From Pseudomonadota bacterium (GTDB lineage: Bacteria > Pseudomonadota > Alphaproteobacteria > Rickettsiales > UBA6187), in contig JAQCEY010000008.1 in the NCBI GenBank assembly GCA_027620075.1, positions 32,504 to 96,503 on the forward strand: a stretch of 64,000 nucleotides of DNA, given 5' to 3'. Numbering within the stretch: position 1 is the first letter of the stretch; each line of letters starts with the position of its first letter. This document shows, in pieces, positions 39,063 to 49,456 of the stretch. A program made the position numbers and the translations under genes. The notes beneath the pieces were generated by a model, which had not been told where the DNA came from, did not search any database, and saw only the letters and a list, made by a program, of their open reading frames with translations.

Positions 39063-40256
39063 TTACAATCGCTCTTTTACGGCGTCAATATACTGCCGTG
39101 TTGTTAGCGGTTTAACGTCATCGGTTGCTATCAGGCTTAAATCTTTAGTCATCTGACCGCCTTCAACCGTATCTATACAGGCTTTTTCAAGTTTTAAAGC
39201 AAAGTCGTTAAGCTCTTTGTTATTTTCTTTTTTCGACAAAGCGGACAAAGCCCTTGTCCATGCGAAAATAGACGCAATAGGGTTTGTATAAGTATCCTTT
39301 CCTTCAAGGTGCTTTCTGTAATGCCTTGTTACAGTACCGTGAGCTGCCTCCGTCAACACGGTTCCGCCCGGCACTAGCAAAGTTGAGGTCATAAGCCCTA
39401 ACGAGCCGAACCCCTGTGCTACCATGTCCGACATAATGTCACCATCATAGTTCTTACATGCCCAGACAAACTTACCTTTGGATTTTATAGCAAATGCCAC
39501 CATATCATCAATTAGCCTGTGTTCGTATTTTATACCGGCTTTTTCATATTGTTCCTTATAACTATCGTCAAAAACCTTGCGGAATATCTGTTTAAAGCGT
39601 CCGTCATAAGCTTTTAGGATTGTGTTTTTAGAGGAAAAATATAAGTCCCACCCTTTATTTAACGCATATTCAAAACTTGCACGGGCAAAACTCTCAATTG
39701 ATGCATCGGTATTGAACATACCCATAGCAACCCCTGCTCCGTCAAAATTATGTATTTCATGCTCTTGCGGCTCGCCACCTTCGGGAGTAAATGTAATTTT
39801 AAGACTTCCTTTGCCGTCTATAACAAAATTCTGAGATTTATATTGCTCTCCGTACGCATGGCGACCGATAGTAATCGGGTGTTCCCAGCCGGAAACTAAA
39901 CGTGGAACGTTCTTACAGATAATAGGCTCTCTGAACAGAGTACCCCCTAATATATTTCTGGTAGTGCCGTTTGGAGAAACCCACATTTTCTTTAGCTTGA
40001 ATTCTTTTACCCTAGCCTCGTCGGGGGTAATCGTAGCACACTTAACACCCACCCCATGTTTTTTTACGGCACTTGCAGCATCAACGGTAACTTTATCTTC
40101 AGTATCATCACGGTTTGGAAGTCCAAGGTCATAATATTCAATGTTAAGATTAACATATGGAAGTATAAGATTTTCTTTTATCATCTTCCACATAACACGT
40201 GCCATCTCGTCGCCATCCATTTCAACAATCGTGCCGTTTGTTTGTATCTTGGACAT
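39063..40256 (-). CDS. icd: NADP-dependent isocitrate dehydrogenase (eukaryote-like homodimeric type)
   Basis: 397 aa. [20 protein letters not shown] and NYDGDIMSD motifs of the IDH1-like subfamily. Confidence 0.92.
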   Translation of the reverse strand: MSKIQTNGTIVEMDGDEMARVMWKMIKENLILPYVNLNIEYYDLGLPNRDDTEDKVTVDAASAVKKHGVGVKCATITPDEARVKEFKLKKMWVSPNGTTRNILGGTLFREPIICKNVPRLVSGWEHPITIGRHAYGEQYKSQNFVIDGKGSLKITFTPEGGEPQEHEIHNFDGAGVAMGMFNTDASIESFARASFEYALNKGWDLYFSSKNTILKAYDGRFKQIFRKVFDDSYKEQYEKAGIKYEHRLIDDMVAFAIKSKGKFVWACKNYDGDIMSDMVAQGFGSLGLMTSTLLVPGGTVLTEAAHGTVTRHYRKHLEGKDTYTNPIASIFAWTRALSALSKKENNKELNDFALKLEKACIDTVEGGQMTKDLSLIATDDVKPLTTRQYIDAVKERL

Positions 40257-40380
40257 TACTCTACCCTTTGCTATAAATATTAATTTTTTGAACTAAACTC
40301 TACAATATGAATCCTACAATTGCAAACCCCTTCTAAGGTTTTAATTGTGGGAGTGTTCAATCAATATAGGTTTTTAAATT

Positions 40381-40415
40381 AAAAAAACGCCCCTGATTTT
40401 TCAGAGGCGTTTTTA
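40381..40415 (-). terminator. Rho-independent terminator downstream of the transporter gene
   Basis: The minus strand reads aaaaacgcctctgaaaaatcaggggcgttttttt: a 10-bp stem with one mismatch followed by a T-run. Lies 27 nt after the stop at 40442. Confidence 0.7.
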
Positions 40416-40441
40416 ATATTACCTAAAACTAATCAAGCGTA

Positions 40442-41851
40442 TTACGCAGCCTTTTTAGTTTTTACTTGCTCTTTTTTTTTAGAGTTTGCGTTTTTAGATG
40501 CCTGCTCTCCTGTTTCGGGAATAGCGATATCGGCAGGTAACGAACCGGCGTTCATATCATTATACATCTTCAGGTTAAGTTTACCTTCTGATTTAGCAAC
40601 GATACAGGTAGTTGCAGCATCACCGGTAACGTTAACGGCAGTACGCATCATATCAAGCAGCCTGTCAACACCTATAATAAGGGCAATTCCCTCAACAGGC
40701 AATCCGACTTGCGTAAACACCATCGCAAGCATGATAAGTCCGACACCCGGAACACCTGCCGTACCGATAGATGCAAGAACAGACATACCTATAACGGTAA
40801 GATATTGGGTAAAGCCTAACTCAATTCCATAAGCATTTGCAATAAACACAGTCGCAACACCCTGCATGATGGCAGTACCGTTCATATTGATTGTAGCACC
40901 AAGCGGAATAACAAATGAAGCAATTGAGTTATCTACACCGAGTTTTTCTTCGGCAGTTTCCAATGTAACAGGAATAGTAGCATTTGAGCTTGCCGAACTA
41001 AATGCAAATAATAACGTGCTACGCATTTTTTTCATGAATATTAACGGATTCAATCCGGCTATCATGAACAAACCGCTGAAAGTACCCACAAAGTGAATAA
41101 CAAGAGCCGCCACAACGGTAAAGAAATATCCTGCCATAGGCATAATAGCCTCAATACCCTGTTCGGCGAAAGTTCTGGCTATCAAGCAGAATACACCGTA
41201 AGGGGCTAAAGACATAACGATATGAACCAAATCCATCATGATTACGTTAAAGCTAGCGATTCCTTTTGCTACACCTTTTCCTTTTTCACCGGCTTTAATA
41301 ATTGCGATACCTAAAAATATACATGCGGTTATAACTTGCAGCATTTCGCCTTGAGCCATTGCACCGATTATATTACCCGGTACAAGTGCTACCATCACAT
41401 CACTAAATGCCGGAGCTTCTTTAGCCTGAAAAGCCGCCGCTTTAGCATTTTCAATGTCAAACCCCTCACCTATTCCAAGCGTAATGGCAAGGATTAAACC
41501 GAATGATATGGCAACAACAGTCGTAAACATGAAAACGGCAAAAGCCTTTCCACCGGTCCGTCCTAAAGCTTTAAGGTCATTCATGCCTACTATACCTTCT
41601 ACCAGAGAGCAGAATACTAGAGGCACAACCAACATTTTTAGCGACTCAATGAACATTTTTCCAAGTATATAAAAAATACCACCCGTTATATATGTCTGAA
41701 TAAATTCAGATTCAGAGGCAAATTTATTTAAAATAACACCGACAACCAATCCTGCTAACATGTAGACGAGTATCTTCGTTGTTAGCGTCATTTTGCCTTT
41801 TGAACTTCCTGACATAGCAGTTTTCTCCGTTCTATAAATTAAAATTTTCAA
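40442..41851 (-). CDS. Dicarboxylate/amino acid:cation symporter (GltP/DctA family)
   Basis: 469 aa polytopic protein. SSSNATIPVT and VDRLLDMMRTAVNVTGD motifs of the DAACS family. The true start is probably an internal Met (MSGSS.. or MTLTTK..). Confidence 0.85.
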   Translation of the reverse strand: MKILIYRTEKTAMSGSSKGKMTLTTKILVYMLAGLVVGVILNKFASESEFIQTYITGGIFYILGKMFIESLKMLVVPLVFCSLVEGIVGMNDLKALGRTGGKAFAVFMFTTVVAISFGLILAITLGIGEGFDIENAKAAAFQAKEAPAFSDVMVALVPGNIIGAMAQGEMLQVITACIFLGIAIIKAGEKGKGVAKGIASFNVIMMDLVHIVMSLAPYGVFCLIARTFAEQGIEAIMPMAGYFFTVVAALVIHFVGTFSGLFMIAGLNPLIFMKKMRSTLLFAFSSASSNATIPVTLETAEEKLGVDNSIASFVIPLGATINMNGTAIMQGVATVFIANAYGIELGFTQYLTVIGMSVLASIGTAGVPGVGLIMLAMVFTQVGLPVEGIALIIGVDRLLDMMRTAVNVTGDAATTCIVAKSEGKLNLKMYNDMNAGSLPADIAIPETGEQASKNANSKKKEQVKTKKAA

Positions 41852-42037
41852 AATTGAAAAACGATAAGTACATCATTATTCGCAAAATTTCAAGTACCAG
41901 TTACAAAAACAATTTTAGAGTTTTCCACAAATATAGATTTTGCATAAATTATATTACAAAACTTGTTCATACCTAGCCTGTTCGGGGCATCTAATAGCCT
42001 TGTATAATAAGATGCACAAGACTTCGTTTACTCTGCT

Positions 42038-43153
42038 TTAGTTATCAACTAAAGAGTTAATCAGGCTGTTTAAGACTAAAAATCCACTCTGTGTTGCTAT
42101 AATATTTCCTTTTTTTTCTTCAAGCAGGTTTTCGTTTATAAGTAGTGCCAGTTGTTTGTTGTTCGTGATTATATCTTTTTTTATGCCTTCTTTGGTTCTA
42201 AGACCCATCATTATGGTTTCGTAATTTATTTCGTCTTCGCTTAATAATTCGTGCGTTTGTATGCCGTTTCCTTTTTCCTGAACGCTTTTTAACCAGCTAT
42301 CGGGCGAGTGGATCATCATTATAGCCGTTTTGCCTTTAAGGCTTATTCTGCTATGTGCTCCAGCTCCTATGCCAAGATAATCCCCATAACGCCAGTATGT
42401 CATATTATGCCTTGACTCATACCCTGACTTTGCGTAATTAGAAACCTCATAAGCAGGAAGTCCGTTTTTCTCCATGATTGAACCTGTCAGATTATAAAAA
42501 TCTGCCGATAGGTCGTTTTCGGGCATTTTGAACTTGCCCGACCTGTAATCACTATAGAACTTTGTGCCTTTTTCTATCGTAAGCTGGTAAAGGGATAAGT
42601 GTCCTTTTGCGTATGTTAGTGCCTCTGTAAGTTCTTTTTCCCATTGACTTAAAGTTTGTTCAGGGAGGGCGTATATTAAATCGAAGCTGTAATTATCGAA
42701 TATCTGAGCTTTTTCTACTGCTTTTAAAGCCTCTGACGAGCTATGTTCTCGCCCAAGGAACTTGAGATTGTCATTGTTTAAAGACTGAACCCCAAGGGAA
42801 ACCCTGTTTATTCCCGCCGTCTTAAAGTCGTTGAATTTTTTTAATTCAACAGATGTGGGGTTTCCTTCCAGTGTAATCTCTATATTGCTGTCAAACTTGG
42901 CTATTTTACTGAATTTACTGATAATTGCATCTGCGATAAACGGCGGCATTAAGGTCGGAGTGCCGCCGCCAAAAAATATGCTGGTTATGTTCTTGCCGGA
43001 AATATAATCTTTGAAATGTTCAATTTCTTTAATATATGCTTTATGCCACAGGTTAAAATCAATTTTACTTGCAACATGCGAATTGAAATCACAATAAGGA
43101 CACTTTGACTTACAAAAAGGCCAATGTACATATATGGCTAGATTATTACTCAT
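42038..43153 (-). CDS. hemW: Radical SAM heme chaperone HemW (HemN-like)
   Basis: 371 aa. YVHWPFCKSKCPYCDFNS and GGGTPT motifs. Confidence 0.88.
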   Translation of the reverse strand: MSNNLAIYVHWPFCKSKCPYCDFNSHVASKIDFNLWHKAYIKEIEHFKDYISGKNITSIFFGGGTPTLMPPFIADAIISKFSKIAKFDSNIEITLEGNPTSVELKKFNDFKTAGINRVSLGVQSLNNDNLKFLGREHSSSEALKAVEKAQIFDNYSFDLIYALPEQTLSQWEKELTEALTYAKGHLSLYQLTIEKGTKFYSDYRSGKFKMPENDLSADFYNLTGSIMEKNGLPAYEVSNYAKSGYESRHNMTYWRYGDYLGIGAGAHSRISLKGKTAIMMIHSPDSWLKSVQEKGNGIQTHELLSEDEINYETIMMGLRTKEGIKKDIITNNKQLALLINENLLEEKKGNIIATQSGFLVLNSLINSLVDN

Positions 43154-43156
43154 GCT

Positions 43157-43531
43157 TTAGAAATTTCTACCGATTTCTTCAGATTTTTGTTTGATAACAT
43201 CATTGATTTGCTTGTCCTGCAAATCCAAGTCTGCTTTTTCTCTGGCGAATTTTACGGCATTGACGGTTTGTGTAGCACGTGCAAGAAGCGTTATCAGAAA
43301 TTCTTTGTTTCTAATGCGAGAATTTTTTATAATGCTGCCTTTGGAGTTATCGTTAGCCCCCCGATAATCAACGTTAGGCCACATATCGTCTATTTGCTCA
43401 TTACTAAGCTTTTTGAAGTGCTGATGCAGCATTTCAAGTTTTTTTAATATCTGAGAGCTTTTTATTACGTTATCGGTTTTGAAGCTTTTTGCTCTTGCTA
43501 ACCTGTTCTCAATCGGAATACGGTTTTTCAT
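43157..43531 (-). CDS. Hypothetical protein
   Basis: 124-aa ORF that stops 3 nt before the hemW start, between rdgB and hemW. No recognised motif. Confidence 0.4.
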   Translation of the reverse strand: MKNRIPIENRLARAKSFKTDNVIKSSQILKKLEMLHQHFKKLSNEQIDDMWPNVDYRGANDNSKGSIIKNSRIRNKEFLITLLARATQTVNAVKFAREKADLDLQDKQINDVIKQKSEEIGRNF

Positions 43532-43596
43532 TTAACTAACACTTTAAATTTACGATAGACTTATACCGGAACAAACTTCACGTGTCACTATATTTT

Positions 43597-44193
43597 TTAT
43601 AAAAAACACTTATTAATCAATTTATTAAAAGCGTCAGCCCTATGGCTGATACTATGCTTTTTATCAGGTTCTATCTGGGCGAAAGTTTTGTCCATTCCAT
43701 GTGCGATAAAAATAGGGTCGTAGCCGAAGCCGTTTTCACCTCTGGCGGGGAAGGTGATTATTCCTTCAACCTTTCCTTCAAAATTTTCAACTATATCGGT
43801 TTCGGGCAGATAAAGCGATAAGGCACAAACGAATTTTGCGCCTCTGTTCGGGCTATCTCCCATTTCGTCCTCTATACGTTTCATTGCAATTGAGAAATCC
43901 TTATCTTTACCCGCCCATCTGGCGGAATAAATACCCGGAGCATTATTTAAAGCCTCTATGCACAGTCCCGAATCATCAGCCAGTGCCGGTAAACCGGTTT
44001 TGTTTGAATAATAACGTGATTTAATTTCAGCGTTTTCAATGAAACTAGAGCCGTTTTCCTCCGGTTCGGGAAGATTAAAACCGGCAGCGGAAATTACCTC
44101 AACATTAAACGGCTCAAGAAGTTTGCTTATCTCTTTTATTTTTCCTTTATTCCCGCTTGCTATAAGTAGCTTATTTTCAGTGAATTTCGTCAT
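43597..44193 (-). CDS. rdgB: dITP/XTP pyrophosphatase (non-canonical purine NTPase)
   Basis: 198 aa. ASGNKGKIKE, DDSGL and GFGYDPIF motifs. Confidence 0.9.
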   Translation of the reverse strand: MTKFTENKLLIASGNKGKIKEISKLLEPFNVEVISAAGFNLPEPEENGSSFIENAEIKSRYYSNKTGLPALADDSGLCIEALNNAPGIYSARWAGKDKDFSIAMKRIEDEMGDSPNRGAKFVCALSLYLPETDIVENFEGKVEGIITFPARGENGFGYDPIFIAHGMDKTFAQIEPDKKHSISHRADAFNKLINKCFL

Positions 44194-44913
44194 TTAAACA
44201 ATCTTTAATGCTTCTTTTTGTTTTTCAATAAGGTTTTTAATGCCGTTTTGTGCATATTCCATCATTTGTAGGAACTGTTCACTTTCAAACGGCGATTCTT
44301 CGGCAGTTCCCTGTATCTCGATTATTTTACCGCTACCCGTCATAACAAAATTAGCATCGGCATGTGCCGAGCTATCCTCAGGGTAATCAAGGTCAAGCAC
44401 TACATTGCCTTTATATATACCGCATGAAACAGCCGCCATATCGTTAGTGAACGGTAATTTTGCAATTTTGTTTTCCCTGCATAATTTATCAAAGGCAAGG
44501 TGAAGAGCCACATACCCTCCTGTTATAGATGCAGTCCTTGTGCCTCCATCGGCTTGTATTACATCGCAATCCACTATTATTTGACGCTCTCCGATTGCTT
44601 TTAAATCAACAACCGAACGCAATGACCTGCCTATCAATCTTTGTATTTCTTGAGTCCTGCCGCTTTGTTTTCCGTTGGCAGCTTCTCGCCTTATTCTCGA
44701 AGAGGTGGAACCCGGCAGCATTCCGTATTCGGCAGTTACCCAGCCTGATTTATTGCCTTTCATCCAATGTGGAATATACTCATCGATAGATGCAGTACAA
44801 ATAACATGGGTGTTACCGCATTTTATCAGACATGAGCCGTCTGCATTCATGTTAATATCCGTTTGTATCTCTACGTTTCGCAATTCGTCGTTCTTACGTC
44901 CTGATGGTCGCAT
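44194..44913 (-). CDS. rph: Ribonuclease PH
   Basis: 239 aa. [20 protein letters not shown] and [11 protein letters not shown] motifs. Confidence 0.95.
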   Translation of the reverse strand: MRPSGRKNDELRNVEIQTDINMNADGSCLIKCGNTHVICTASIDEYIPHWMKGNKSGWVTAEYGMLPGSTSSRIRREAANGKQSGRTQEIQRLIGRSLRSVVDLKAIGERQIIVDCDVIQADGGTRTASITGGYVALHLAFDKLCRENKIAKLPFTNDMAAVSCGIYKGNVVLDLDYPEDSSAHADANFVMTGSGKIIEIQGTAEESPFESEQFLQMMEYAQNGIKNLIEKQKEALKIV

Positions 44914-44940
44914 ATTAGTAACCTTTTGTTGATTGAATTT

Positions 44941-45008
44941 GTCATGGGCGAACTTGTTTCGGCATCTACCTTATCATGGTATAGATGCCGAAACAAGTTC
45001 GGCATGAC
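44941..45008. repeat. Long near-perfect hairpin repeat (GTCATG...CATGAC), related to the subfamily-2 third module
   Basis: gtcatgggcgaacttgtttcggcatcta-ccttatcatggta-tagatgccgaaacaagttcggcatgac. Arms of about 27 nt with one small indel. Shares cgaacttgtt(t)cgg with 55086..55097. Confidence 0.85.
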
Positions 45009-45185
45009 AAAAATTAGAGATTTCAGTGCGATTGTTACAAATTCTATGCTTATTAAACCCTCCCTTAATTTATTATATGCTATTAGAAATTTTTAATTGA
45101 GAATCTTATTTAGTTCGTGTAGGGTCTATTAGCTTAAGTTGTCAAAACTTGCGTTTTTGCCATAACATGTTATAATATAACGATT

Positions 45186-45815
45186 ATGAATAGTTACACT
45201 AAAAAGACCTTAATGAAAAATGAGCGTATATTATATAGTGCCAGAGGTCATTTCTTCAACTATTTCGGTGGTGTTGTGGCTATTATAATAGGGCTGCTGC
45301 TAACAGGTCTTGTTGACCCTAGAGTTCCTGAAAAATTGAAGGATAATGAAACCGTTAAAGAAATGCAGCAGAACATTGATAAAAAAAAATACACTATTAA
45401 AAAAAGTATTAGTGATGTTTTCGGAATTCTTAAAAACATTTTTCCCAAGGAGTTTATTAACTTATTCTATCAGGTAAGGGGACTATGGTTCGGTATTGTG
45501 TTTTTGTTTCTGGGTTTTGTCAGGTGTATAATGGTATATATAAAACGACAGACAAACGAATATTGTGTAACAAGCAAGCGAATTATATTTAAATTCGGAT
45601 TTTTAACCACTGATACTAACGAGATAAATCTGGACAGGATAGAAGGCGTAAAAGTTCAGCAGACGGTTACAGATAAAATAGTCGGCAGGGGAGACGTTCT
45701 AATTAACGGGGTGGGCAGTGAATTCGTTGAGATGAAGAAGATTTCCGACCCTACTTCTCTTAGAAAAGCAATCCTTGAAGCAGTCAATAGATATGCGTCG
45801 GGTAGCTCTAAATAG
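45186..45815 (+). CDS. Membrane protein with a bacterial PH domain (bPH_2/YdbT-like)
   Basis: 209 aa. Two hydrophobic segments, then TSKRIIFKFGFLTTDTNEINLDRIEGVKVQQTVTDKIVGRGDVLI, typical of bPH_2. Confidence 0.65.
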   Translation: MNSYTKKTLMKNERILYSARGHFFNYFGGVVAIIIGLLLTGLVDPRVPEKLKDNETVKEMQQNIDKKKYTIKKSISDVFGILKNIFPKEFINLFYQVRGLWFGIVFLFLGFVRCIMVYIKRQTNEYCVTSKRIIFKFGFLTTDTNEINLDRIEGVKVQQTVTDKIVGRGDVLINGVGSEFVEMKKISDPTSLRKAILEAVNRYASGSSK

Positions 45816-45902
45816 AATTTTTTTATGATTGCCTCTTGAAAACACAACCATTGATGAGTAAATAATACATGGTGTTGTTTATTAATTAATGAAGTTGTAA
45901 TT

Positions 45903-46532
45903 ATGTCAGAAGCGGTAAAACCAAAAAAAAATGAAAATCAACCTTTAAATGAAAATCCCGAGGAAACAGTGCTTAATCATGAGCCTGAGCAAGAAGTTGC
46001 TAGCGATGATAATATCGAAAGCGAAAATGTTCCGGAAGAAGATGCTGCTGCAGAAGCTATAGTGCCTGAAAAAGAGGAAATAGATTATAATGCGGTTATT
46101 GATGACTTAAATGATAAAATTCTACGTACTGCCGCAGAAATGCAAAACATAAAACGTAGAGCAGAGCAGGATATGCAAAAAGCCCGCGATTATTCCATAG
46201 AAGCTTTCGCAAGAGATATGCTGGGTGTGATGGATAACCTGCACCGCACTACGGAAAGTATTTCCCAAGAAGATGCGGCAAAAGATGAAAAACTCAAGCT
46301 TATCATTGATGGCATTGATATCACAAAAAAAGAAATGGAAAATGTGTTTGAGCGTAATAAAATAAAATGCATAAACCCTGTAGGTGAAAAATTTGACCAT
46401 AATTTTCATCAGGCAATGAGTCAAATCGAAGATGCCGAGAAAGATTCGGGGACTATTGTCAATGTTATGCAAACCGGATATGTAATAAAAGACAGGCTGA
46501 TAAGACCGGCACTGGTCGTTACCGTGAAATAA
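45903..46532 (+). CDS. grpE: Nucleotide exchange factor GrpE
   Basis: 209 aa. Acidic N-terminus, LRTAAEMQNIKRRAEQD helix, and a C-terminal beta domain (GYVIKDRLIRPALVVV). Confidence 0.93.
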   Translation: MSEAVKPKKNENQPLNENPEETVLNHEPEQEVASDDNIESENVPEEDAAAEAIVPEKEEIDYNAVIDDLNDKILRTAAEMQNIKRRAEQDMQKARDYSIEAFARDMLGVMDNLHRTTESISQEDAAKDEKLKLIIDGIDITKKEMENVFERNKIKCINPVGEKFDHNFHQAMSQIEDAEKDSGTIVNVMQTGYVIKDRLIRPALVVTVK

Positions 46533-46728
46533 CATTTTAGCCACTTATCCATTTTATATAATCAATACAATATCAATCCGCCCCAAGGCAGATATATTAT
46601 AGTATTTTTCATTTTTAAGACCCATGCGTAATTTGCCGTTACAATCGGTGAAAAACGTTTTATGGACAATGGATTTTAGAAGAAGTAACAAGAATCTTGT
46701 AAAACTTATTGTTCAGCGTCAAGGTTCA

Positions 46729-47502
46729 TTATACCTTCCAAGGAGCATTACCGCTATGCCAAAGTTCTTCTAGGTGTGCTTTGTCTCTTGGGGTATCCAT
46801 ACAATGCCAGAAGCCCTTATGCTTATATGTCATAAGCTCTTTGTCCTTCGCAAGATTTTCCAAAGGAGACTTTTCCCAAATAGTAGAACTTCCATCTTTT
46901 ATGTAATCAAGAACCTTATTGGATAGCACAAAATATCCACCATTTATGTTACGCCCGTCACTTGAAGGTTTTTCGAGGAAGTTTGTTACCATACCATCAC
47001 TATCAGTTTCTATCTCTCCAAACCTGCTTGGAGCTTCAATTGATGTTAATGTTGCAAGTTTTCCATGTAATTTATGAAACTCAACTAGCTTCTGTATATT
47101 TACATCCGAAACACCATCACCATAGGTAAAGCAAAAAGTTTCTTCATCTTTTATATAGTCTTTTACAGCTAATAGCCTTCCACCGGTCATTGTTTCATAT
47201 CCGGTTTCAACAAGCGTTATCTTCCATGGCTGAGAGCGATTATTATGTAACTTTATAGAATTATCAGACAAATCTATTGTAAAGTCAGACTCATACTCAT
47301 AGAAGTTCAGGAAGTAATCTTTTATTATATTAGCTTTATAACCTAGGCATATTACAAAATCATTTATTCCATAATGTGAGTATGTCTTCATAATATGAAT
47401 AAGGATTGGCATCCCCCCTATTTCTATCATCGGCTTTGGTATGAACTCGGTTTCTTTACCTATTCTTGTTCCAAATCCACCTGCTAAAATAACTGCTTTC
47501 AT
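46729..47502 (-). CDS. rfbF: Glucose-1-phosphate cytidylyltransferase
   Basis: 257 aa. MKAVILAGGFGTRIGKETEFIPKPMIEIGGMPILIHIMK and C-terminal FWHCMDTPRDK are RfbF signatures. Confidence 0.9.
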   Translation of the reverse strand: MKAVILAGGFGTRIGKETEFIPKPMIEIGGMPILIHIMKTYSHYGINDFVICLGYKANIIKDYFLNFYEYESDFTIDLSDNSIKLHNNRSQPWKITLVETGYETMTGGRLLAVKDYIKDEETFCFTYGDGVSDVNIQKLVEFHKLHGKLATLTSIEAPSRFGEIETDSDGMVTNFLEKPSSDGRNINGGYFVLSNKVLDYIKDGSSTIWEKSPLENLAKDKELMTYKHKGFWHCMDTPRDKAHLEELWHSGNAPWKV

Positions 47503-47511
47503 TTTTTACTC

Positions 47512-48471
47512 TTATTTTTTATTATTGTTGTCGATTTCTTTTTCAATAATTGTAATCGGAAGGTTTTGCACTTGCATATATATCCTTAATAAATACTCAC
47601 CAATAATTCCTAAAAATATTGCATTCAAACATATTGAAAAAAGAATTAGAATCGCCGTTGTCGTAAAGCCATCTGGCCAATCAACATCTGTAAATATACG
47701 CAAGAGCGAATAAAAAAGAATCAAACACACCGTTATAGCTGAAGTGACAAAACCTACATAACTGGCAATTCTCAAAGGAAGTACTGACTGACTAACAATA
47801 CCATCAACCGCCAAACTTAGAAGCTTTGTTAAAGGAAATTTGGTTTTTCCATGCAAACGCTCATCTCTTGCATATGGAACACCTTTTTGCTTAAAACCCA
47901 TTGAAAAGACCATTCCTCTTATATATGGGTTCTTATCATTGGTCTTCTTTATATTATCAAGTATAACTCTGTCTATAAGCATGAAATCACCTGCGTCAAC
48001 AGGCAGATTATAAGAGCTTATCTTGCTCATCATTCTATAATATACCTTACGTGTGGTATTTATAATTTTTCCTTCTTGGCGTTTGTTCCTTATGCCATAA
48101 ACTATTTTGTTTCCTTGTTCCCAATGCTCTAAAAATTGCGGCAATAATGAAGGGTCGTCTTGCAGGTCGCAATCAAACTCAATTGCACAATCCCCCCTTG
48201 CCTTTGTGTACCCTGTGTATATAGACCTTTGAAATCCGAAATTGCGTGAAAATTTAAAAATGCGAATGCGTTTATCTTTTTTCGCTAATTTTTCAAATAG
48301 CACATATGTTTTGTCAGTGCTTGCATTATCAGTTATTACAATTTCAAAATCATATTTGCCAGAAAGGGTATCTAGAGTTTTGCATAGTTTCTTATAGTAA
48401 AAATCAACATTATCTTCCTCGTTTAGTACCGGAGTAACTATAGATACTAATTTTTTCTTTTTGTTAGTCAT
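47512..48471 (-). CDS. Polyprenyl-phosphate glycosyltransferase (GT2, GtrB/ArnC/DPM1-like)
   Basis: 319 aa. VSIVTPVLNEE, ITDNASTDKT and FDCDLQD (DxD) motifs. Two C-terminal TM helices ending in the conserved IIGEYLLRIY motif. Confidence 0.82.
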   Translation of the reverse strand: MTNKKKKLVSIVTPVLNEEDNVDFYYKKLCKTLDTLSGKYDFEIVITDNASTDKTYVLFEKLAKKDKRIRIFKFSRNFGFQRSIYTGYTKARGDCAIEFDCDLQDDPSLLPQFLEHWEQGNKIVYGIRNKRQEGKIINTTRKVYYRMMSKISSYNLPVDAGDFMLIDRVILDNIKKTNDKNPYIRGMVFSMGFKQKGVPYARDERLHGKTKFPLTKLLSLAVDGIVSQSVLPLRIASYVGFVTSAITVCLILFYSLLRIFTDVDWPDGFTTTAILILFSICLNAIFLGIIGEYLLRIYMQVQNLPITIIEKEIDNNNKK

Positions 48472-49357
48472 TTATTATTTTCCTCAACCCCTCATCTATA
48501 GATACGGTTTGCTGCCAATCCGGAAGAATTTCACCTATGTAAGGATTCATTATCTGCTTTGCGGCATACTGAAGCGTCCCCATATTTATCTTTTTAATAT
48601 CATAACCGGCAATAGTTACATATTTATTAATAATTTCTTTTAATTGAATCTTATCACCTGCAACAAAGTATTTTTTATGATTGTTGTTAGATATACTGGA
48701 TTGCGATAAATCATAAGACTTCAAATAAGCTGATATTACATCGTCGATATAAACGGGGCAAATAAACTGCTCTCCTGCCGTAGTATCAAGTTCCGCCTTA
48801 TTAATACACGCCTCTTTTAAAAGCGAGAAAATCTTTTTCCTATTGTCTCCTACGCCATACACATCGCATAAGATTAGAGTTATGGCATTTAGCTCACCGC
48901 TATATGTATAATATTCTATTATATCCTCGAAAGCTTTTTTAGAAGCGGAATATAATGCTTGAGGCTTGTAGGTGTCATTATCGTTATATACCGAAAAGCT
49001 GCTAGTATTTATAAACGAAGGACAATTATACTCTGTGGTACATTCTAATAAATGCGTACCAAAACGAACATTAGAATCGATAATAGTATCAATATCATCT
49101 TTGCAATGCGATAGTTTTGACCAAGCTGCCAAGTGAAAAACAGCACTTATATCTTTATTAATAAATGCAGGTTCTAAAGATGATAAGCTACCATCATAAT
49201 GTGTAATTGATACCGACTTGTCATCAGACGGCAAATAAGAAAGGTTAGAATTTTTTCTAGCAATTATACTAACATGGAAGTCATCTTTTAAAAGACGATT
49301 TGTAAGCTCCCTTCCAATATAACCACTTGCACCAGTCACAACTACTTGTTTTAACAT
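48464..49357 (-). CDS. NAD-dependent nucleotide-sugar epimerase/reductase (extended SDR)
   Basis: 297 aa. VVVTGASGYIGRE Rossmann motif and YSASKKAFE (Y-x3-K). Overlaps the downstream GT2 start by 8 nt. Confidence 0.8.
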   Translation of the reverse strand: MLKQVVVTGASGYIGRELTNRLLKDDFHVSIIARKNSNLSYLPSDDKSVSITHYDGSLSSLEPAFINKDISAVFHLAAWSKLSHCKDDIDTIIDSNVRFGTHLLECTTEYNCPSFINTSSFSVYNDNDTYKPQALYSASKKAFEDIIEYYTYSGELNAITLILCDVYGVGDNRKKIFSLLKEACINKAELDTTAGEQFICPVYIDDVISAYLKSYDLSQSSISNNNHKKYFVAGDKIQLKEIINKYVTIAGYDIKKINMGTLQYAAKQIMNPYIGEILPDWQQTVSIDEGLRKIIND

Positions 49358-49456
49358 TAGCCTAATTTATATCCCTTATAAAAATAGCATTGCAAAATTA
49401 GTTCAGCATAAAACATTTTATACAAAAAACTGACATCTTGCAATTTAAATGGTAAT

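Noticed and set aside
45836-45842. CTTGAAA, a sigma-32 -35-like heptamer upstream of grpE
   Set aside because: No CCCCAT/CYTAT-type -10 element occurs at the required 13-17 nt spacing. A lone 7-mer match is not convincing.
46122-46544. 140-aa minus-strand ORF
   Set aside because: Antisense to grpE, with no recognisable features.
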